Below, piece by piece: positions 7,540 through 13,966 of a stretch of 13,966 bases of DNA. The stretch comes from Fidelibacterota bacterium (GTDB taxonomy: Bacteria > Fidelibacterota > Marinisomatia > Marinisomatales > Marinisomataceae), in contig JABHGE010000036.1 in the NCBI GenBank assembly GCA_018672235.1, positions 1-13,966 of the forward strand, written 5' to 3'. The notes under the pieces were generated by a model. It made no database searches. It saw only the letters and a program-made list of their open reading frames with translations, and was not told where the DNA came from. The position numbers and the translations under genes were made by a program. Numbering within the stretch: position 1 is the stretch's first letter; each line of letters starts with the position of its first letter.

Positions 7540-7946
7540 ACTAAATTTAATTTCTTCTTCTGCTTACAGAAAACACCTTTTGTTGCGTTTGGAACCTCTA
7601 ATAATCTTTCTTTTTCAATTAAAGGAGTACTAGGACATTCACATTGTCTAGGATCGCTTTGAGAGATTTGACATATACCGTACGTACCATCCTTAATTCT
7701 TTGTAATGCTTTTTTTAAATTAAGAATATAGTCTGATTCACGCGACATTAGTAAGAAGCTCTTTTCTACCTCATGCGCTTCAGTTCCTTCGTTATGATCT
7801 TCTGTATTATTATCTAAAAAAACAGAGCTTCTACTAGATGATGTAGAGCGAACAGCATGAATATTTTCACTGATATCGTCCATCTTATGATATATATTTT
7901 TTTCAAATTTTGCTAGTTCTGATTTCGAATATTTTGTTTTGGCCAA
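7536..7946 (-). CDS. TraR/DksA family transcription factor with atypical Cys arrangement
   Basis: ALQRIKDGTYGIC and IEKERLLEVPNAT motifs; position between ileS and lspA; TTG start with AGAGGA 6 nt upstream; 4-bp ATGA overlap with lspA. Confidence 0.85.
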   Translation of the reverse strand: MAKTKYSKSELAKFEKNIYHKMDDISENIHAVRSTSSSRSSVFLDNNTEDHNEGTEAHEVEKSFLLMSRESDYILNLKKALQRIKDGTYGICQISQSDPRQCECPSTPLIEKERLLEVPNATKGVFCKQKKKLNLV

Positions 7947-7958
7947 TTGAATTCCTCT

Positions 7959-10900
7959 TTATAATTTTTTCTTAATAAAAATGTCAAATTTTTCTGTTTT
8001 ATACTTGAAAGCAGAATTATAGTCAGAATTATCCAAACTATCCACTATATCCGTACATAAAATTTCATTCATCAAATATTTTTTATGCTTATTTATAGCG
8101 CTATTTATATAGGTAGAAAAAGTTCCCGATAGTACAATCCTATCATCTACATTAAAATCTGCTTCTTTTCGCATCACCTGCACATGTCTGATTAACTCTC
8201 TAATCAACCCTTCAGCTGCTAAATTCTCATCAATTTCAGTACTTATAGACACTATAACATCATTTGAAAAAAATGCTTCCTCTTTTTCATATCCTTCAAT
8301 TTGAATGATAATATCTTCTTTTATAATATCAAATTTTTCTGAAGATATTTTTTTATTATTTAAATATTTGTCCATTACATCATATTGATCGAGCGTTGCA
8401 ATATACTTAATTACTGTTTGCATCTCTTCCCCAAACTTAGAAGATAAAATCTTAAAATTTGGTTTTATAGAAAAGGAACCCATATCCTTTAAGCTTGTTG
8501 TGATTGATATTGTCTTGATATTTAGTTCATCTAAAATAAGCTGTTTTTGCTCTAATATAAACTTGGTTAGCATTGGATCATTTTCATATATTTTTAAATC
8601 TGAAAGCGGTTGCCTGACTTTAATATTAGCTTTTTTTCTCGTAGCCCTACCAGATTCAATAATCTTTTTAAGCGTTTCAACTTTCTTCAACAAATCCATA
8701 TCAATTTTATCATCATTATGTTTTGCATACGAAGATAAATGAATACTGTCATGATTTTCGCTTGGATCATCTTGTGAAATGTTAAGATACATGCGCTCTG
8801 TAATAAATGGTAAAATTGGAGACAGGAGCTTGATAAGTGATAACAAAACATCATAAAGTGTTTGATATGCTACAAACTTATCAGTATCATTTTCACTTTT
8901 CCAGAATCTTCGTCTGTTTCTTCTAATATACCAGTTAGATAAATCATCGATGAATAATTCAATTTTCTTTACAAGCTTATCTGCTTCAAATTTATCATAA
9001 TGCGCAGTAGACTCTTTTATTAATAAATTTGCTTTTGAAATAATCCACTTATCTAACAATGTTAGATCTTTTTCATCTATATCTTGTGAGTGTGGTTTAA
9101 AATTGTCTAAGCTTGCATAAGTACAAAAGAAAGAATAGATATTCCAAAAACTAATTAACCGTTTTCTGACTTCATCGGCCTTATCATATCCAAATAGTAA
9201 ATTATTTTCTACGTTTTGTCTTGCATACATCCACCTCATTACATCGACACCCATTTTTTCAGCAGCATCATCGAACCAAATAGCATTTCCTGAAGACTTA
9301 TGCATTTCGTTTCCGTCTCCATCTTTTACTAATGCGTGACCAAGTAAGGTTTTAAATGGAGCTTCATCTTCAAGGAAGGATGACATAGCTAATAGAGAAT
9401 AAAACCAATTTCTAAATTGACCAGGAAAACATTCTGTAATAAAATCAGCTGGAAACCATTCATTCCAATATTTTTTATCTTCAAAATATTTCAATGTAGA
9501 AAAAGGAACAATCCCTGCATCAAGCCATGGATTACCAACATCAGGAATTCTATTACCAATTAATCCTGTTTCAGGATGTTTAATCTTTACATGATCAACC
9601 CAAGGTCTATGAGGGCTGTTACCATCAAACTTTTCCCATCCTTCGACAGATAATTCTTTCAATTCTTCTCTTGACCCTACAACATGAAAACTTCCATCTT
9701 CAAAGGTCCAAATTGGTAGAGCTAATCCCCAAAAACGCTTCTTTGAGATCATCCAATCGCCCATATTATCTAACCAATTATGTTCCCTATCTTCTCCCCA
9801 TTCTGGAATCCAATTGATATCGCTGACAACATTTTTAATTCTATCTCTCCAATCCATATTTATATACCATTCATCTACTTGCTTAAATACAAGCTCATCG
9901 CCTGATCGCCAACAATGAGGATATATATGAGGATAATCTTCTGCATATAATAATAGATTTCTATTTTTTAAATCTTGTATAATTTTTTTAGTAGTATTAG
10001 GGTCTGTAACATTTAATCCAGACATAAAATCAAATCCATCAAGAAAGTTTGCTTGATTATCAATAGGTGATATTTCTACAAAACCTTCTTTTTTACAAAT
10101 TTTGTTATCTATAGATCCACAACCACTTGCCATATGAACAATACCAGTTCCTTCTCCTTCTACTACCATGTCATTACCTTCAGAGTCTTTGCCTCCATCG
10201 ATTACAATATGACATTGTATAGGTGTCAATTCATCATCTTTTTTATCTTCACCTATATTTGGATAGCCTCCAGCAGTTTGCTGTGGCTCTAGATGGTCAT
10301 ATGGGCCTTGATAGGTCCAACCAATCATATCTTCACCTTTAACAACTTCAAGAATCTTATAGCCACCTCTTTCTTTAAATATCTGATCTAAAGTTTTTAG
10401 CTTTGGTACCCCATCAATCCAATTCTTCTTTTCTGTAAATTCTTTGCTTAATCGCTGAAATTTTAAATTATTTTCAGCAACATAATAAATCGAATCATCT
10501 GTTAGTTGAATTTTTGCATAATTTATTTTTTTATTTACAGCAACAGCGATATTTGATGAAAGAGTCCATGGAGTTGTAGTCCAAATTAATATATGTTCAT
10601 CTTGTTTGTCTTTTAGAGAAAATTTAACGAATACACCTTTGTGAACCGTTAGCTTACGTCCCTCAATAATTTCCATTTGAGAATAAGAAGTACCTGATCT
10701 TCCAGACCATGGAACAACATCCGTACCTCTATAGATTTTTTTCTCATTAAATAATTTTTTTAAAAAAGCCCATATAGCATAATTGTTTTCATCAGACATG
10801 GTATAGTATGAATTTTCCCAATCCATCCAATAACCCAATCTTTTTGATTGTTCAGTTTGAACATCTGAATATTTTGTAACACGCTCTTTACACAGCTTAA

Positions 10901-11252
10901 CAAATTTTTCTATTCCAAGCTCTTCAACTTCTTTCTTTGATTTAATGCCAAGCTCTTTTTCTACTTCAATCTCAACCCATAATCCTTGACAATCAAAACC
11001 ATTTTGATATCGAAGTTGATAGCCATTCATTGACTTATATCTTTGATAAAGATCTTTTAATGTTCTGCCCCAAGCATGGTGAACACCCATTGGATTGTTA
11101 GCTGTAATGGGACCATCTAGAAAACTCCATTTTTCACCTTCAGAATTCTGAGTTACTAATTTTTGAAAAGTTTTATTTTTTTTCCAGAAATCAAGGATTT
11201 CATGCTCATTCGATACAAAGTCTATTTTTGGATTTTCTTTTCTTATACTCAT
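7959..11252 (-). CDS. ileS: Isoleucine--tRNA ligase, type 2 (IleRS2)
   Basis: 1097 aa. DGPITAN-GVHH (HIGH position), GFDCQGL, editing domain WTTTPWTL and GTGIVH, DWMISKKRFWG, QFRNWFYSL, EMHKS (KMSKS position), LSNWYIRRNRRRFW, KVRQPL. The IleRS2-type C-terminus (EGLIRELIRHVQVMRKEADFNVDDRI) lacks the type-1 zinc finger. Confidence 0.96.
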   Translation of the reverse strand: MSIRKENPKIDFVSNEHEILDFWKKNKTFQKLVTQNSEGEKWSFLDGPITANNPMGVHHAWGRTLKDLYQRYKSMNGYQLRYQNGFDCQGLWVEIEVEKELGIKSKKEVEELGIEKFVKLCKERVTKYSDVQTEQSKRLGYWMDWENSYYTMSDENNYAIWAFLKKLFNEKKIYRGTDVVPWSGRSGTSYSQMEIIEGRKLTVHKGVFVKFSLKDKQDEHILIWTTTPWTLSSNIAVAVNKKINYAKIQLTDDSIYYVAENNLKFQRLSKEFTEKKNWIDGVPKLKTLDQIFKERGGYKILEVVKGEDMIGWTYQGPYDHLEPQQTAGGYPNIGEDKKDDELTPIQCHIVIDGGKDSEGNDMVVEGEGTGIVHMASGCGSIDNKICKKEGFVEISPIDNQANFLDGFDFMSGLNVTDPNTTKKIIQDLKNRNLLLYAEDYPHIYPHCWRSGDELVFKQVDEWYINMDWRDRIKNVVSDINWIPEWGEDREHNWLDNMGDWMISKKRFWGLALPIWTFEDGSFHVVGSREELKELSVEGWEKFDGNSPHRPWVDHVKIKHPETGLIGNRIPDVGNPWLDAGIVPFSTLKYFEDKKYWNEWFPADFITECFPGQFRNWFYSLLAMSSFLEDEAPFKTLLGHALVKDGDGNEMHKSSGNAIWFDDAAEKMGVDVMRWMYARQNVENNLLFGYDKADEVRKRLISFWNIYSFFCTYASLDNFKPHSQDIDEKDLTLLDKWIISKANLLIKESTAHYDKFEADKLVKKIELFIDDLSNWYIRRNRRRFWKSENDTDKFVAYQTLYDVLLSLIKLLSPILPFITERMYLNISQDDPSENHDSIHLSSYAKHNDDKIDMDLLKKVETLKKIIESGRATRKKANIKVRQPLSDLKIYENDPMLTKFILEQKQLILDELNIKTISITTSLKDMGSFSIKPNFKILSSKFGEEMQTVIKYIATLDQYDVMDKYLNNKKISSEKFDIIKEDIIIQIEGYEKEEAFFSNDVIVSISTEIDENLAAEGLIRELIRHVQVMRKEADFNVDDRIVLSGTFSTYINSAINKHKKYLMNEILCTDIVDSLDNSDYNSAFKYKTEKFDIFIKKKL

Positions 11253-11267
11253 GATGAATTAACTATG

Positions 11268-11296
11268 AACTTATAAGAAATGTTGAATTATTGCAA
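11268..11296 (-). promoter_or_regulatory. Candidate sigma70 promoter for the ileS...pckA run
   Basis: Minus strand TTGCAA (11296-11291), exactly 17 nt spacer, TAAGTT (11273-11268), 15 nt upstream of the ileS ATG, in the largest intergenic gap of the window (56 bp). Confidence 0.55.
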
Positions 11297-11308
11297 TTTG
11301 ATTAGAAT

Positions 11309-12706
11309 TTATCTTCTAAGTGTTAAAAATCTGGATGCATTACCACGTTTTACTAAGAATAGAATTTTTGTATCTTTTTCATATTTAGACATTTCAGCTT
11401 TAAACATTTTTAGATTAGATATCTTTTGTCTTCCTATGCGAGTAATTAAGTCTCCCTCTTGCATATCTGATTTTTCTGCAATGCCACCCTCTAAAATATC
11501 CACCACAACTACTCCTTCAATATCAGAATTTCTAGAACTTTTGATGTCATATCTTTCAATCAAATCATTAGTAATGTCCAACACAGATAATCCAAATTCA
11601 TTATAAGTGTTCTGGGTATTGCTTGCCATTTCATCTCCAGATCTTTCTTCAAGCACGACATCGATGTCTTTAACTTCACCTTCTCTAGATATAGTTAAAG
11701 TTATTTTTGCCCCGGGATTAGTGCTAGATACTAAATTTTTTAATTCAGCACCATTAGTAATTTCTTTTCCTTCAAAATTGATAATTACATCACCTGATTC
11801 TAATCCAGATTTATAAGCAGGACTTCCCTCTACAATGTCGCTAACAATAGTACCTTTCCTAGACTTAAGATCCATTGTATCATAAAGATCTTCATTGATA
11901 TCTTGCATATAAATACCTAAAAAAGAACGTACTACGTAACCTTTAGAGATTAAGTCACTCATTACTTTTGTAACTATACTTGACGGAATTGCAAATCCTA
12001 TTCCAGCATTAGATCTTCCACTACCTGAAGCGATTGCTGCATTAATTCCAATAAGTTCGCCATCCATATTTAGTAATGCTCCTCCACTATTTCCTGGGTT
12101 AATAGCAGCATCTGTCTGTATAAAGTTCTGATAAGTATTGCCACTACCTCTCATTACATTATTCCTACCAATGGCACTAATAATACCTGCAGTGACAGTG
12201 TGGCTAAGTGATTCAGAAAAAGGACTTCCAATAGCTAGTACCCATTCTCCAACCCTAATAACTTCAGAGTTTCCAATTGGTACTGCTTTAATATTATCTG
12301 CTTCGATTTGAAGGATAGCCAGATCAGTACCTTGATCTAATCCTACAACCGTAGCTTTAAAAACTCTTTTATCCATTAATTCTACCATGATTTGATCAAC
12401 AGGTTTTTCACTTCTTTCATCAAAAATAACATGATGATTAGTAATAATATATGCATTCTCTTCATCTACAATTACACCTGAACCCAATGATTTACTTTCA
12501 AATTCCTCTGGAACAGATCTGCCCCAATATTTATAGAAATTTTGTACATCTTCATCCATGGTTATTGTATTGGTAGTAGTAATTGTAACAACTGATTCAT
12601 TCACATTTTCAGCAATATCAGCAAATGAATTGCTAAACTGCTTGAACATAGAGCCTTGAGAAAACAAGGCTGATGATGCAATGAATATTATAAATATTTT
12701 TTTCAT
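11309..12706 (-). CDS. htrA: Do/DegP/DegQ family periplasmic serine endoprotease with two PDZ domains
   Basis: Signal peptide MKKIFIIFIASSALFSQ from ATG 12706; LGSGVIV; triad motifs TNHHVI, TDLAIL and IQTDAAINPGNSGGAL; two PDZ-like C-terminal regions. Confidence 0.94.
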   Translation of the reverse strand: MKKIFIIFIASSALFSQGSMFKQFSNSFADIAENVNESVVTITTTNTITMDEDVQNFYKYWGRSVPEEFESKSLGSGVIVDEENAYIITNHHVIFDERSEKPVDQIMVELMDKRVFKATVVGLDQGTDLAILQIEADNIKAVPIGNSEVIRVGEWVLAIGSPFSESLSHTVTAGIISAIGRNNVMRGSGNTYQNFIQTDAAINPGNSGGALLNMDGELIGINAAIASGSGRSNAGIGFAIPSSIVTKVMSDLISKGYVVRSFLGIYMQDINEDLYDTMDLKSRKGTIVSDIVEGSPAYKSGLESGDVIINFEGKEITNGAELKNLVSSTNPGAKITLTISREGEVKDIDVVLEERSGDEMASNTQNTYNEFGLSVLDITNDLIERYDIKSSRNSDIEGVVVVDILEGGIAEKSDMQEGDLITRIGRQKISNLKMFKAEMSKYEKDTKILFLVKRGNASRFLTLRR

Positions 12707-12716
12707 ATTTCTTTTA

Positions 12717-12745
12717 TTTGAATGGCAGCGCAAACAATAAGTTCC
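12717..12745 (-). promoter_or_regulatory. Candidate sigmaE (ECF) promoter for htrA
   Basis: Minus strand GGAACTT (12745-12739), 17 nt spacer, TCAAA (12721-12717), 10 nt upstream of the htrA ATG. Both boxes match the enterobacterial sigmaE consensus (GGAACTT-N16-TCAAA). Confidence 0.65.
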
Positions 12746-12749
12746 GTAC

Positions 12750-13966
12750 TTAGTTTAATCCTTCTTGTAAAAATCTTTTAAACTCTTCCACGTCTCTAGT
12801 CATACCAGGAAATTCTCCAATGACTAAATCATTTTTATCTAAAATGACGTAGTAAGGTAATGCTGCAGTTTTGAATCGATTAATTTGATAGTCTCTCTTT
12901 TCAAGATAGCTATCTCCAGAATCAGTATATAGACTAACTAAAACAAAATTTGACATTATATCTTCTACCGATTTCTTTGCAAAAACATTTGTTTCCATCC
13001 AGCGACAATTAGTACAGGTGACTCCAGTAAAATCTATAAATATTTTTTTATTATCTTGATTGGCTAGGATAAAAGCATCATCTAGAGAATAAACCCAATT
13101 CAAATTTGATTTAACTTTTTTTGGTGGAAGATAAGATTCAATATTTCCATCGATATTATATCCAAAATTTCCTGCTAATAAGTAAGAACCCAGTATAAAA
13201 AAACTTATAGAGGCTAATGCTCTTTGATAAGAAACTACTATCTTAGAATCATGTTTAAATCGAACGATTCCTACAATATAGAAAGCACATAGAAACATAA
13301 TAATTGCCCAGCAGTAAAGTACAATCTCATAAGTGAATATGTCCCACTGCCATACTAAATCTGTATTACTAATAAATTTAAAAGCTGCTGCTATTTCAAG
13401 AAATCCCATGATCACTTTTACAGAGTTTAGCCAACCACCTGATTGGGGTAATTTTTTCAAATAGTGTGGGAAAAGAGCCAAAAAGAAGAAGGGTGACGCA
13501 AAAGCCAAACTAAATACTAGCATACCGATGATAGGCCAAAACCAATCACCTTGTGAGGCAGCCACTAAGATTGTACCCATAAATGCTACTGTACATGTAA
13601 AAGAAGTAAGAGTAAAAGTTAGTGCCATGAATAATATACCTGCATATCCTTCAGAACTTTCTCTCTCCAATGAAAAACGTTTTAATGATTGAGGAATCTC
13701 AATTTCATAAAAACCAAAAAGTGAAAAAGCAAAATAGATGAATAAAAAGGCAATAAATAAATTTACGTAAGGATTAGCGGCAAGCTGTGTTGCACCTGAG
13801 GCGCCAAGAAAAATAGCAAGCAACATACCCAATAATGTGAATGTCATAACAATACCTAGCATATAAACTGAAGCATCTTTAATAGGCGAAGTTTTTTTGT
13901 CTTCACCTCTTTTCAAGAAAAAAGAAATTGTAATGGGTATCATTGGAAAAACACACGGTGTTAACA
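12750..13966 (-). CDS. dsbD: DsbD family protein-disulfide reductase (TM domain plus C-terminal thioredoxin domain); 5' end beyond the right edge
   Basis: The frame stays open upstream of the track's Met and reads LTPCVFPMIPITISFF (first TM Cys motif). Also SFTCTVAF (second Cys), LPQSGGWLNSVKVIMGFLE, and thioredoxin IDFTGVTCTNCRWME. Confidence 0.93.
   Translation of the reverse strand, partial: LTPCVFPMIPITISFFLKRGEDKKTSPIKDASVYMLGIVMTFTLLGMLLAIFLGASGATQLAANPYVNLFIAFLFIYFAFSLFGFYEIEIPQSLKRFSLERESSEGYAGILFMALTFTLTSFTCTVAFMGTILVAASQGDWFWPIIGMLVFSLAFASPFFFLALFPHYLKKLPQSGGWLNSVKVIMGFLEIAAAFKFISNTDLVWQWDIFTYEIVLYCWAIIMFLCAFYIVGIVRFKHDSKIVVSYQRALASISFFILGSYLLAGNFGYNIDGNIESYLPPKKVKSNLNWVYSLDDAFILANQDNKKIFIDFTGVTCTNCRWMETNVFAKKSVEDIMSNFVLVSLYTDSGDSYLEKRDYQINRFKTAALPYYVILDKNDLVIGEFPGMTRDVEEFKRFLQEGLN

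Noticed and set aside
8500..8742. 80-aa + strand ORF
   Set aside because: Antisense within ileS, no motif.
11280..11816. Two consecutive + strand ORFs (108 and 69 aa) in one frame separated by a single stop, suggesting readthrough or a pseudogene
   Set aside because: They mirror the htrA frame on the opposite strand and have no recognisable motifs or RBS.
12707..12733. TTG start giving htrA an MRCHSNKRN extension
   Set aside because: ATG 12706 begins a typical signal peptide, and the TTG lies in the spacer of the candidate sigmaE promoter.
13941..13943. Track start codon for dsbD
   Set aside because: This is an internal Met of the conserved TPCVFPM motif; the frame stays open to the window edge.

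Overview
AT-rich (roughly 30% GC by eye), very densely packed bacterial chromosomal segment with 12 CDS, two truncated by the window edges. The gene set (LptF/G permease, DsbD, HtrA, type-2 IleRS followed by dksA-like and lspA) suggests a streamlined diderm bacterium, possibly of the FCB superphylum such as Marinimicrobia; this is inference only. Most of the window is a minus-strand housekeeping run: dsbD, htrA, ileS, dksA-like, lspA, rluD, xerC/D, pckA. The left part holds an alanine/glycine:cation symporter and a eukaryote-PMM-like HAD gene (minus), divergent from lptG-like and a 291-aa ORF (plus). That ORF is the standout: it resembles the aGPT-PPlase clade 1 family of phage thymidine-hypermodification enzymes, has no pathway partners in the window and shows foreign-looking Arg codon usage. 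Other observations: IleRS2 has a swapped GVHH signature, the DksA-like protein has a rewired Cys pattern and an altered coiled-coil tip, a 22-bp divergent gap carries overlapping -10 boxes on both strands, and a sigmaE-type promoter sits directly before htrA. No rRNA, tRNA, CRISPR array or IS element was recognised. All family calls come from motif recall, not database searches.
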